Virus record (IMG/VR): IMGVR_UViG_3300032272_000051
Span: 1 to 32,309 of that record
DNA length: 32,309 nt
DNA from: a virus
Taxonomy: Duplodnaviria > Caudoviricetes
Reading direction: 5' to 3' (one strand)
Of the stretch, positions 7,299-15,133 are shown piece by piece. Every line of letters begins with the position of its first letter. The stretch's first letter is position 1. The translations under genes and the position numbers were made by a program. A model generated the notes under the pieces. The model saw nothing but the letters and a program-made list of their open reading frames with translations. It searched no databases and was not told the DNA's origin.

Positions 7299-8776
7299 GG
7301 TTTGGCTCGGTATGTAGCGGAGTAGAGGCTGCCTCCATGGCATGGCATCCTCTTGGATGGCAACCAAGCTTCTATTCTGAAATTGAGCCCTTCCCTCGGG
7401 CTGTCCTCACCCATCACTATCCTGATGTCCCATTGCATGGAGACTTCACAACCATCGGAGCAAAAGAATATGAGCCAATTGACCTTCTTGTCGGAGGAAC
7501 ACCTTGTCAATCCTTCAGTGTCGCAGGACTCAGAAAAGGAATGGCAGACGACCGTGGAAACCTGGCACTCGAATTCCTTAAACTTGCTGAACGAACACGG
7601 ACCAAGTGGGTGGTTTGGGAGAATGTTCCCGGTGTCCTGTCAAGTAATGGAGGACGGGACTTTGGATCCTTTCTCGGGGGATTGGGGGAAATCGGGTATG
7701 GGTATGCATACAGAATTTTTAACGCTCAATACTTCGGAGTACCACAGCGACGCAGAAGAGTGTTTCTTGTCGGATATCTTGGAGACTGGAGACCACCTGC
7801 AAGCGTATTGTTTGAGCGCGAAAGCCTGTATGGGTATCCTCCACCGGGCAGAAAAAAGAGGGAAGAAATTGCCAGAGCGCCTGGAACTGGCTTTACGATC
7901 GGTAGCGACCAGGTAGAAAGCTGTGAGCAAACTGGTCCCACAATTCTGGCAAGTGGTGCGCCCTATCGATGCACCGGTAGCAAAGGAGTGGAAGAACAAG
8001 CCCTGGTCATGCAGGAATGCGCTGAAGTATCCCCGAGCCTGACATCCAGTGGCCCACCTTTCAGCAGAACCGGCAACAGCCGGGTGGAAGCTGAAGCCAT
8101 GGTGGTAATGCCGATCAATACAATGGTATGCCAGGGCAGGCCCTCAGATGATGGCAGGATGGGTAGTGGGATTGGGGAGGATGGCGATCCATCCCCCACG
8201 ATTACTGCTGCCCACAGCCATGCTGTAGCATTTACCCAGAACCAGAGAGATGAAGTCCGTGAGGTAGATGTTCCCGGTGCGCTATCAGCCCAGCCTGGAA
8301 TGAAACAGCAGACTTTTATCGCTGAGACTCACTGTCTGCAGGGAGCCGGCGCCACATCCCAGAATTCTCAGGGGATGGGACACAATGAAGAAACTGCATT
8401 CACCCTGAATATCACTGATGTCCATGGGATTGCCCAGGTCTGGTCGATAATGCCCCAGAATAGCGGGAAGGATTACAAAGCCCGTCCGGTAAATATCTGC
8501 CAGCCCTTATTGGCTACTGGCCCAACAGCCGGAAACCAGGGTGGTGATGTGGTTCAAACCGGTATGCAAGTCAGGAGGCTCACTCCTGTTGAATGCGAGA
8601 GACTGCAGGGATTCCCTGACAATTTCACAAAAGTACCCTACCGGGGAAAGCCAGCAGAAAAATGTTCTGATGGTCCACGGTATAAAGCCATGGGAAATTC
8701 AATGGCTGTCCCAGTGATGGGATGGATAGGAAAAAGGATTGATGAGGTAAACAAGCGCCTGGAGGCAAAAAAATGA
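7295..8776 (+). CDS. DNA (cytosine-5)-methyltransferase with long variable region
   Basis: Motifs FGSVCSGVEA (I), GGTPCQSFS (IV), WENVPG (VI), QRRRRVF (VIII), RRLTPVECERLQGFPD (IX), YKAMGNS (X). Likely start is GTG 7295, overlapping the deaminase stop (GTGA). Confidence 0.95.
   Translation: MRFGSVCSGVEAASMAWHPLGWQPSFYSEIEPFPRAVLTHHYPDVPLHGDFTTIGAKEYEPIDLLVGGTPCQSFSVAGLRKGMADDRGNLALEFLKLAERTRTKWVVWENVPGVLSSNGGRDFGSFLGGLGEIGYGYAYRIFNAQYFGVPQRRRRVFLVGYLGDWRPPASVLFERESLYGYPPPGRKKREEIARAPGTGFTIGSDQVESCEQTGPTILASGAPYRCTGSKGVEEQALVMQECAEVSPSLTSSGPPFSRTGNSRVEAEAMVVMPINTMVCQGRPSDDGRMGSGIGEDGDPSPTITAAHSHAVAFTQNQRDEVREVDVPGALSAQPGMKQQTFIAETHCLQGAGATSQNSQGMGHNEETAFTLNITDVHGIAQVWSIMPQNSGKDYKARPVNICQPLLATGPTAGNQGGDVVQTGMQVRRLTPVECERLQGFPDNFTKVPYRGKPAEKCSDGPRYKAMGNSMAVPVMGWIGKRIDEVNKRLEAKK
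7470..7916 (+). CDS. Nested alternative-frame gene, M.EcoHK31I beta-polypeptide-like (148 aa)
   Basis: GGAG (7457-7460) 9 nt before ATG 7470. MFP...W..SGM...E....N..E....EEC.LS.ILET...L....I..RA..RG..LPE.L..A matches my recollection of M.EcoHK31I beta, which is also encoded out of frame inside its MTase gene. Confidence 0.7.
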   Translation: MSQLTFLSEEHLVNPSVSQDSEKEWQTTVETWHSNSLNLLNEHGPSGWFGRMFPVSCQVMEDGTLDPFSGDWGKSGMGMHTEFLTLNTSEYHSDAEECFLSDILETGDHLQAYCLSAKACMGILHRAEKRGKKLPERLELALRSVATR

Positions 8777-8916
8777 GCAGAGATCCCGTAGATATTGCAG
8801 AACAACAGCGCGATTACGATGAAACCCATGGGGATGAATACACCAGACATCGTGACCAGGAGAACTACGAGCAGAACCGAGCAGACATGGAGTATGGTGA
8901 TGAACAAGAAAGCTGA
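8773..8916 (+). CDS. Small acidic hypothetical protein (47 aa, not in the ORF track)
   Basis: MSRDPVDIAEQQRDYDETHGDEY...DEQES*; GGAGG RBS, ATGA overlap with the MTase stop. Confidence 0.55.
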   Translation: MSRDPVDIAEQQRDYDETHGDEYTRHRDQENYEQNRADMEYGDEQES

Positions 8917-9073
8917 AAGGGTATTGCACGACCTAAAACACGGACCAATTTCTGAGGAGACTGTTCAGGAAGCCATCGATGTGATTGAAGAACTCGGTGA
9001 TGAGATTGAAGGAATGCTGGCTGCCTGTGAAAGCCTAACCCTGGACAATGCTGCCCTGACGGAGGTCCAATGA
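8900..9073 (+). CDS. Hypothetical coiled-coil protein
   Basis: Likely start ATG 8900 with GGAG RBS; ATGA overlap with the next gene. Confidence 0.6.
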   Translation: MNKKAERVLHDLKHGPISEETVQEAIDVIEELGDEIEGMLAACESLTLDNAALTEVQ

Positions 9074-9567
9074 GAATTAAACTCTGTCACATACAAGGAA
9101 AATTTGTTCCCAGTGATGACGATGCCCGAGCATTTATGATTGATGTGCAGGAAGGGCAAGTCATTGAGGTGGATATTGTCGAGCAGAAAAATCCAGGTAG
9201 CCAGACATTACTGAATACTTGGATGATGTGGATGCAGGAAACTGCCCAGCACATGGCATGGCAGGGAGTGACAATGCCCCTGTATATCCGGAGCAATGGC
9301 GAGATGGTAGGCAAAAGGGCTTTCGAGCAAAGAGATGCCCACGAACTATTCACCAGCCAATACCTGGGACTCGATGCCGATGGACTCCGGAAAACCTGGA
9401 GCAGAACCAAAAGCACCGAGGAGATCCAGGCGAGTGTAGGTGATCGCCTATTTGCCATGGATACCCACAAACAGTGGGCAATAGAGAAGGGAATTCAGCT
9501 TACAATCAAGAAAGACAGCCAGTATATGAAGCTGAAAGCCGAGCAGGGGGAAGCCCGTGAAGCCTAA
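9070..9567 (+). CDS. NinB/DUF1367-like nin-region protein
   Basis: 165 aa, GGAGG RBS. N-terminal FVP.DDDA.......G..I.V and L..W..W...A...DAHE.F...YLG resemble NinB/DUF1367 families; located near ninG. Confidence 0.5.
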   Translation: MRIKLCHIQGKFVPSDDDARAFMIDVQEGQVIEVDIVEQKNPGSQTLLNTWMMWMQETAQHMAWQGVTMPLYIRSNGEMVGKRAFEQRDAHELFTSQYLGLDADGLRKTWSRTKSTEEIQASVGDRLFAMDTHKQWAIEKGIQLTIKKDSQYMKLKAEQGEAREA

Positions 9568-9772
9568 ATTCAAGCCATTACTGACTTACAACTGGAAATT
9601 CAAGGATTGGACCAGGACTATATACCAGCCCACCGATCTGTTCATGTCAGGCCCCATAGACCTGGGCGCAGTAGATATGTCCATCGATACCCCTGAACAT
9701 AGGCAGACGCAACTGTTTGAAATAGGGCAAAGGGTAAAGGATAAGATCCTGGAGGCAGCCCGTGAAAACTAA
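9557..9772 (+). CDS. Hypothetical protein
   Basis: 71 aa, GTG start with a G-rich RBS, overlapping its neighbours. Confidence 0.55.
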   Translation: MKPKFKPLLTYNWKFKDWTRTIYQPTDLFMSGPIDLGAVDMSIDTPEHRQTQLFEIGQRVKDKILEAAREN

Positions 9773-9911
9773 AGAGGAACAAGCCAAGCGGATAAAAACC
9801 CTTTATTTCCAGGACAACAGAGGTCCTCAGAAAATCCACAAGATGACGGGGATCCCCTACGCCACAGTAGTGGAAATCCTTCGGGGTACGGGGGTGAATG
9901 TTGCCTACTAA
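9762..9911 (+). CDS. Small HTH-like protein (49 aa, not in the ORF track)
   Basis: GGAGG RBS, GTG start; MKTKEEQAKRIKTLYFQDNRGPQKIHKMTGIPYATVVEILRG fits an HTH pattern. Confidence 0.55.
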   Translation: MKTKEEQAKRIKTLYFQDNRGPQKIHKMTGIPYATVVEILRGTGVNVAY

Positions 9912-10521
9912 AACTCTGAAGTGTACTGGGTGCAAGGATCGATTCGATCGGGATATCATGATCTCGACCAGGGCTGGCAATTTCCACAGCAGTGAGTGCA
10001 TCCTGAACTATTCCAGGAAACCGGCAGCCAGGCAAAAGGTGGAGAAAGTCCGGGACCAGGAAAGGAAAGAGAACCATTTACCCTGGGCTATTGAGCGCAC
10101 GAAAAGAGATTTCAATCGCTGGATTGTCCTGCTGGATGATGAGTGGCCATGTATATCCTGTGGGAAACACAAAGACATCTATCATGCCGGCCACTTCAAG
10201 AGTGTAGGCGCAATGCCCCAGCTTCGCTTTCATCCTGCCAATGTTCACAAACAGTGTGCCGGGTGCAACCTGAAGGTGAAGCACTCGAAGTATGCTGAAA
10301 ACCGGATGGAAGAAGAGTATGCTCAGGGGATCGTGATCCGATACGGCCAGGAGATGCTTGACTGGCTGAATGGTCCACATCCAATGACTCACCCGACAGC
10401 GCATGACTGCAAGCTGATCCGGGAGATCGTCAATAAGGAGTGGCGCGAGATTAGACGCGATATGGGTGCAAGCCGTGACTGGAGAGCGATAAGGGATGAC
10501 AGTATCCTTTCAATTTTGTAA
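9898..10521 (+). CDS. ninG: NinG/Rap recombination endonuclease
   Basis: CTGC...FN.WI...D...PCISCG...HAGHFKSVGA.PQLRF...NVHKQC..CN is the NinG signature. Confidence 0.92.
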   Translation: MLPTKTLKCTGCKDRFDRDIMISTRAGNFHSSECILNYSRKPAARQKVEKVRDQERKENHLPWAIERTKRDFNRWIVLLDDEWPCISCGKHKDIYHAGHFKSVGAMPQLRFHPANVHKQCAGCNLKVKHSKYAENRMEEEYAQGIVIRYGQEMLDWLNGPHPMTHPTAHDCKLIREIVNKEWREIRRDMGASRDWRAIRDDSILSIL

Positions 10522-10542
10522 AATTGTGCAATACATAGGGAG

Positions 10543-10779
10543 ATGAAAATGGTTGATAAAGTAAAGCCTGGAGCAAAAGATGTTCCATGTGAAACCGAAA
10601 TAGAGATGGGATCATTCAAGTTTGCGATCGCATTACGCTGGGATGACAATACCAAGCGAGGACTCTTCACATTAAGAGCCGGCGCTGGGTGTGAGGACAT
10701 CACCTTCAACTTTGGTCCTGCCGGTGATGGCGGTATCCAGACCAGGGGTGGCGATCCAGGTGGGCCACCTTGCCCATAA
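10543..10779 (+). CDS. Small hypothetical protein with Gly/Pro-rich tail
   Basis: 78 aa; AGGGAG RBS (fits ATG 10549 best); ends GGIQTRGGDPGGPPCP. Confidence 0.65.
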   Translation: MKMVDKVKPGAKDVPCETEIEMGSFKFAIALRWDDNTKRGLFTLRAGAGCEDITFNFGPAGDGGIQTRGGDPGGPPCP

Positions 10780-11294
10780 TTCTTCTCATTGCTGAGATCA
10801 TGCCCATCATTCTGGGCATTTTCTGCTTAATTGCCATTTTATTTCACCCGATTCCAGGCGCTCGGGCTATGATATTTTTTGGCTTTGGCTATTTCAGCAC
10901 CACGATCCTCTATTATCTGGGGTATGCCCCTGACTACGGGCAACACTTCCACCCCCTGATTATTGCCTCAGCTTTTACAATCCTGCTCTATCATTCGCTA
11001 GATATCACTGTGCCATTATTCATTGCTTGGATCATAGAACTTATACTGATCGCTCTTAATGCCTCAATGGTATGGCAGATCGGACTCACGCCAATGCAAC
11101 ATTGGTCTGTTACAATACTGCTAAACTTTTTAGAACTGATGGTTCTAAGTGTGAATTGGTGGGTACACAGTGAACGGATCGTATATCGTAGATTTTTTGA
11201 TCTGGATCAGCCCCTTGCTATTTTTAGCAGAGAGTACACGATTGTTGATCATGAAACTCATCAAGGCAAAGAAGAAGAAAGAGGTAGGAAATGA
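10770..11294 (+). CDS. Multi-pass membrane protein
   Basis: About five hydrophobic segments and a charged C-terminal tail; start TTG 10770 or ATG 10800; directly upstream of the lysis genes. Confidence 0.7.
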   Translation: MPIILLIAEIMPIILGIFCLIAILFHPIPGARAMIFFGFGYFSTTILYYLGYAPDYGQHFHPLIIASAFTILLYHSLDITVPLFIAWIIELILIALNASMVWQIGLTPMQHWSVTILLNFLELMVLSVNWWVHSERIVYRRFFDLDQPLAIFSREYTIVDHETHQGKEEERGRK

Positions 11295-11491
11295 CTGACC
11301 AGGTGATGATCATCCTGACTGCTGTACTTACCGGGGCAATATCAGCCGGGGGTGCATCGATACTCACAGTGGCTGGATTGAGAGTCCATGTTGAATACCT
11401 GAAGCAAGCCACAGAGAATAATGACAAAGCCATATCCAGGGCGCACTCTCGTATAGATTCGCTCCAGGCAGCTAACAACAGCAATTCTTGA
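11291..11491 (+). CDS. Holin-like single-TM protein
   Basis: 66 aa, N-terminal TM plus coiled coil ending RAHSRID; GAGGT RBS; precedes the putative endolysin. Confidence 0.6.
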   Translation: MTDQVMIILTAVLTGAISAGGASILTVAGLRVHVEYLKQATENNDKAISRAHSRIDSLQAANNSNS

Positions 11492-11497
11492 TGAACC

Positions 11498-11959
11498 ATG
11501 ATCATCGAGACTATTCTGGCTTTATGCCTTCAATTCAACTGGGAATGCAGACAACCCATGATTATCAACTCCTTTCGTAAATACCAAGCAGATCGCACCG
11601 AGTCCCTGGTCTACGTCAATGGCAAAGAGTGGGATCAGACGATTCTGGAAGATGCCGGCCGCCCCCAGGGAGTAAAGATCCCAGGCGAGACTTGCATCCC
11701 TGAAGGGGTGTATCAGGTCCGGATCACCTACTCCAGAGCATTCAAGAAAGACATGATGGTGCTGTTCAATCACGCCCCTGATCACTCGATCCGCAAGGAC
11801 GATATCTTTTTCAATGGGATACGAGTCCATGCCGGAACTAACATTGGCCACACTGCTGGCTGCCCCCTGCTGAACAACTACGAAAAACTGCAGGACCAGG
11901 TACAGAAAACCCTGGATAAAGACGAAGAAGTAATCTGGGTAATTAACCGAGCAAGCTGA
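11498..11959 (+). CDS. DUF5675-family putative endolysin
   Basis: TILED......KIPGETCIPEGVY.V.ITYS..F...GIRVHAG....HTAGC.L is the DUF5675 signature. Confidence 0.85.
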   Translation: MIIETILALCLQFNWECRQPMIINSFRKYQADRTESLVYVNGKEWDQTILEDAGRPQGVKIPGETCIPEGVYQVRITYSRAFKKDMMVLFNHAPDHSIRKDDIFFNGIRVHAGTNIGHTAGCPLLNNYEKLQDQVQKTLDKDEEVIWVINRAS

Positions 11960-12225
11960 TGTCGGAAGAGAACCAAAAATCAAGCGCCTTCACTAATGCT
12001 TCCCTGATCACCCTGTTCACCATGGTGGTAGGTGGGGGAGGATTCGTCACCCTATCTGAGTCCGGTGAAGAAGAGATTCTCGATGGACTGAGAGAAGACA
12101 TCCAAGAGACAGATGACACCCAGGATCAGGACAGAAAAGCACTGAACGAAAGAATCTTTAAACTCGAGAAAGATCAGGCACTTATACGCTGTCAGCTACT
12201 AATGGACTGCGAACCAGGGGATTAA
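11959..12225 (+). CDS. Membrane-anchored coiled-coil protein (lysis accessory / i-spanin-like)
   Basis: N-terminal TM, acidic coiled coil, two C-terminal Cys; TGATG overlap with the endolysin. Confidence 0.55.
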   Translation: MSEENQKSSAFTNASLITLFTMVVGGGGFVTLSESGEEEILDGLREDIQETDDTQDQDRKALNERIFKLEKDQALIRCQLLMDCEPGD

Positions 12226-12227
12226 TT

Positions 12228-12740
12228 ATGGCGAAGTCAATGCAACCTACGCTGGAATTCTATGATCTGGGCAATGCAGGACAGGTCGTAAAGAAGTGGG
12301 AATGGAGGCTCAGGTGTGATTACGGGCTCACTTTGCCTGGACTCTCAACCGGGAAACAGCCCGACCAGGTGATACATCGCTCCAGGTATTACTCCCTGGT
12401 CCACAAGAATGGATTCTTTTACATCCAGGCTCATGTGGGCTGCGCCTGGGATTACGCCACGGGATATTTCGACGGTGATTACATCAAAGAAGCTTCCCTG
12501 GGCCACGATATTCTCCACTGGCTGATTGCCAAGGGTGTCATCGATACCAAATACAATGACGCGATCGATTACGAATTCAAACAGATACTCATGATCCGGG
12601 GGAATATAGCCCCATGGAGAGCCAGCATACTGATGAAGGGTGTGAACCTGGTCGATCAAAAGAACACGGGCATCGATCGCCCTGTAGTAAAACTCAGGAA
12701 AGGAAAGCGAATCAAAAACCACAAAAACCAAAAGAGGTAA
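12228..12740 (+). CDS. DUF1353-like protein
   Basis: G.AWD.ATG......EASLGHDILH......AID..FKQIL resembles DUF1353. Confidence 0.6.
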   Translation: MAKSMQPTLEFYDLGNAGQVVKKWEWRLRCDYGLTLPGLSTGKQPDQVIHRSRYYSLVHKNGFFYIQAHVGCAWDYATGYFDGDYIKEASLGHDILHWLIAKGVIDTKYNDAIDYEFKQILMIRGNIAPWRASILMKGVNLVDQKNTGIDRPVVKLRKGKRIKNHKNQKR

Positions 12741-12745
12741 GCAGC

Positions 12746-13078
12746 ATGAATGGGTACGAAACAGCAAAACCGCAGAATGAGCGCGATTGTCTAATGAATG
12801 CAACCGCTAAAGAGGGCTCCCAGACCAGTGTAGAGCGCATGGATAATGCAATTCACAACTTGTATCACATAACGGATCAGCTTCTTCACTTGCGCCTGGT
12901 CATCACCGGAGGCAGAACGGAAGAAGCCCAAAGAGATCCGGACGCGAAGCTTCCAGAGGAAGTACAGCCCGAGCCAGCACTGCGCGACATATTAACCACT
13001 GGCCCTGCCCGGATTAACGAACAGAAAGAGGTAGCCCTTGATCTTATAGGTGAGATCAGGCAGCTATTGATGATATGA
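12746..13078 (+). CDS. Hypothetical protein
   Basis: ATG 12746 with GAGGT RBS (in frame with the 12614 ORF). Confidence 0.65.
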   Translation: MNGYETAKPQNERDCLMNATAKEGSQTSVERMDNAIHNLYHITDQLLHLRLVITGGRTEEAQRDPDAKLPEEVQPEPALRDILTTGPARINEQKEVALDLIGEIRQLLMI

Positions 13079-13245
13079 ACGATTCTAAATCAGAGGAAAT
13101 AATCGCTGCACTGTGGACGATCTGCTGTCTGCTGTGCTTGGTGATCGATGAGAAAGCATGGGCAGTAGGATTCGGCATCAAGGCTGTCCTGGATATCCTG
13201 TGCTGTATCCGGGAATCTATCCGAGAGATGAGGGCTAAGATATGA
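13075..13245 (+). CDS. Small hydrophobic protein (56 aa, not in the ORF track)
   Basis: MNDSKSEEIIAALWTICCLLCLVIDEKAWAVGFGIKAVLDILCCI...; ATGA overlaps at both ends. Confidence 0.55.
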   Translation: MNDSKSEEIIAALWTICCLLCLVIDEKAWAVGFGIKAVLDILCCIRESIREMRAKI

Positions 13246-13475
13246 CACTGGCACTGATATTGCTGGCCTATGTGATAGCCATGTATGTCAACTGGTTGAT
13301 CCTGGAGGATGAGCGATGGATGGATCAATGGAGCAAGTGCATTGGATCTGTCCAGATCACAACTGATAATGCCCGAGACTTCATGCCCGGTGATATTGTG
13401 GAGGTGAATGGGCATCCCCTGCAAGTCTACAATGTAAGGGGAACTGTAATCACAGTGGGGAACAGACGACCATGA
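13242..13475 (+). CDS. Hypothetical membrane-anchored protein
   Basis: 77 aa, N-terminal TM, GAGGG RBS. Confidence 0.6.
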   Translation: MTLALILLAYVIAMYVNWLILEDERWMDQWSKCIGSVQITTDNARDFMPGDIVEVNGHPLQVYNVRGTVITVGNRRP

Positions 13476-13648
13476 CTGACAGGGATCGCCCGTCCAGTGG
13501 TCAGACTTTCAAGAGGCAAGAGGGTGAAAACACCCCCTGCAAGCGCCAGGAATTGAACTGTGGTGGGACCTGGGCAGGAGTGTATGGCTGCTGTGGTCGG
13601 TGCGTGAGATGTATAGCAACAAAACCAAAGGATAAGAATGAGCCATGA
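13472..13648 (+). CDS. Small Cys-rich protein (58 aa, not in the ORF track)
   Basis: MTDRDRPSSGQTF...PC.....NC.......GCCGRCVRC; ATGA overlaps at both ends. Confidence 0.5.
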   Translation: MTDRDRPSSGQTFKRQEGENTPCKRQELNCGGTWAGVYGCCGRCVRCIATKPKDKNEP

Positions 13649-13977
13649 ATGAACAGGACAGAAAGCAGATCAAGATAATGCAGGAAGACCAGGATATCCA
13701 AGAGCTCTTTGGCATGGATAGTGCCGAGATCGTCCACATCCGGCTGAGGGCATTACTGCGGATCATTGGCAGGGCTTTAAGCCCGAAGGAAAACCAGATC
13801 AGAAGCCTGACAGAACAACTCGATGATGCCCAGGAAACGATCTACCAACTGCAGGAGGATGCCCGGAAATCCCAGGGCGGGAAGGAAGCCATGGCCCAGC
13901 GCATCCTGGAACTGCAAGATGAAATCGATCAAATCAATGACAACCACGAAGTCCAGCAGGACTTAGACCAGGAGTAG
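13645..13977 (+). CDS. Coiled-coil hypothetical protein
   Basis: 110 aa, heptad-rich. Confidence 0.65.
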   Translation: MNEQDRKQIKIMQEDQDIQELFGMDSAEIVHIRLRALLRIIGRALSPKENQIRSLTEQLDDAQETIYQLQEDARKSQGGKEAMAQRILELQDEIDQINDNHEVQQDLDQE

Positions 13978-13979
13978 CT

Positions 13980-14180
13980 ATGCAAGTATCAGCCCAGAAA
14001 TTAACCCAAGCGCCCCCAGGATATAACTATCCTGATGCCAGGCTAACTACCTTCACCACCTTCCTGGTCGATAGTTTCCCCCAGGCAATTCCCCAGGCAT
14101 TCCAGGCAGAATTCCGCAAGAATGATCAGGGCGAGTTTGTTGGGGATTACACCCTGGATCCCGTAAGAGGTATACTGTGA
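13980..14180 (+). CDS. Hypothetical protein
   Basis: 66 aa, AGGAG RBS. Confidence 0.6.
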   Translation: MQVSAQKLTQAPPGYNYPDARLTTFTTFLVDSFPQAIPQAFQAEFRKNDQGEFVGDYTLDPVRGIL

Positions 14181-14344
14181 AGCCATTACGAGTGCCTGAG
14201 CGCCCTGCCCATTGTGCCGGTGCTTTGTTTTACAATAAGGAACAGGCTGTCTATGGTCCATATATCCTGGGAAAGTTTAAGCCCAGGAAGAATCCTATAG
14301 GACAGGCAATGGTGGCAGCCAAGCGAGTGAGACATGACAACTGA
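14177..14344 (+). CDS. Small basic hypothetical protein (55 aa, not in the ORF track)
   Basis: GTGA overlap, GAGGT RBS; MKPLRVPERPAHCAGALFYN...RVRHDN*. Confidence 0.5.
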   Translation: MKPLRVPERPAHCAGALFYNKEQAVYGPYILGKFKPRKNPIGQAMVAAKRVRHDN

Positions 14345-14864
14345 GAACGAAAACCCACTGAGTCCTGAAGACCAGGAACAGGTGGGACCTAACCAGTATT
14401 GGCGCCGGAGATTAAACCACGGCAAGCCCAGAGCCTATGAGACACCAGAGGACCTGATGGAAGCCTGTGTCGAATACTTTGAGTGGTGTGATCTCAACCC
14501 TTTATTCGAGGACAAACTGATGGCGGTAGGTGGCGATGCAGTTAATCGCAATCTCATCAAGGCGAGAGCGCCCACCCTGCAGGGATTGACTACCCATCTG
14601 GGTATTCACCGGGTGACCTGGAACAAGTGGAGGACATCTCAGCCGGACTTTGCCGATGTGATCGCCATGGTGGACAATGCCATGGAAGCGATCCAGCTAG
14701 AAGGCGCGAGTGCCGGGATATTCAATGGACAGATAATCTCCAGGCTGATCGGGCTGGTGGATAAGACAGAATCAAAGGGTGTCACCGGGCTGATAAGTCT
14801 CGATGACGTAGAGAACACCGACTCAGACAAACTTAAAGAAACCCTCCGGAGGATCCTGGAATGA
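14334..14864 (+). CDS. terS: Terminase small subunit (P22 gp3-like DNA-packaging protein)
   Basis: GNQ-like YW...HGKP..YETPEDL..AC.EYFEWC..NPL...RAPT..GL...GA.AG.FN..II.R.IGL.DK matches P22 gp3. Confidence 0.92.
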   Translation: MTTENENPLSPEDQEQVGPNQYWRRRLNHGKPRAYETPEDLMEACVEYFEWCDLNPLFEDKLMAVGGDAVNRNLIKARAPTLQGLTTHLGIHRVTWNKWRTSQPDFADVIAMVDNAMEAIQLEGASAGIFNGQIISRLIGLVDKTESKGVTGLISLDDVENTDSDKLKETLRRILE

Positions 14865-15133
14865 ACCTGAATGATATTGATAATGAACTATCTCCCACCT
14901 TCAAGGTGATAATGAACATCACCCTGGTACTGGTATTCCTGATCGCCCTTTCCGGGTGTACTGCCCTGGATCCCGAGGCGAATGCCCGATCGCTACTTGA
15001 TCGCCTGGAGTTTGATGACGATGAGTATGGTCACTTCTCCCTGGTCGGTGATATTGATCTCAATCCCCTGCCTTTCTTCACTACCAATGTCCACATGGAA
15101 CTGGAGAAAACGAAGGACAAACCTGCAGAGTGA
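14861..15133 (+). CDS. Putative lipoprotein between terS and terL
   Basis: Hydrophobic stretch ending in lipobox LSGC; GGAGG RBS; 4-nt overlaps with both terS and terL. Confidence 0.7.
   Translation: MNLNDIDNELSPTFKVIMNITLVLVFLIALSGCTALDPEANARSLLDRLEFDDDEYGHFSLVGDIDLNPLPFFTTNVHMELEKTKDKPAE

Noticed and set aside
12614-12745. Extended N-terminus of the 154-aa ORF
   Set aside because: Overlaps the upstream gene; ATG 12746 has a GAGGT RBS.
11522-12803. Long antisense ORFs (153 aa and 152 aa) opposite the DUF5675 and DUF1353-like genes
   Set aside because: They mirror well-supported + strand genes, lack clear RBSs and have shadow-ORF composition.
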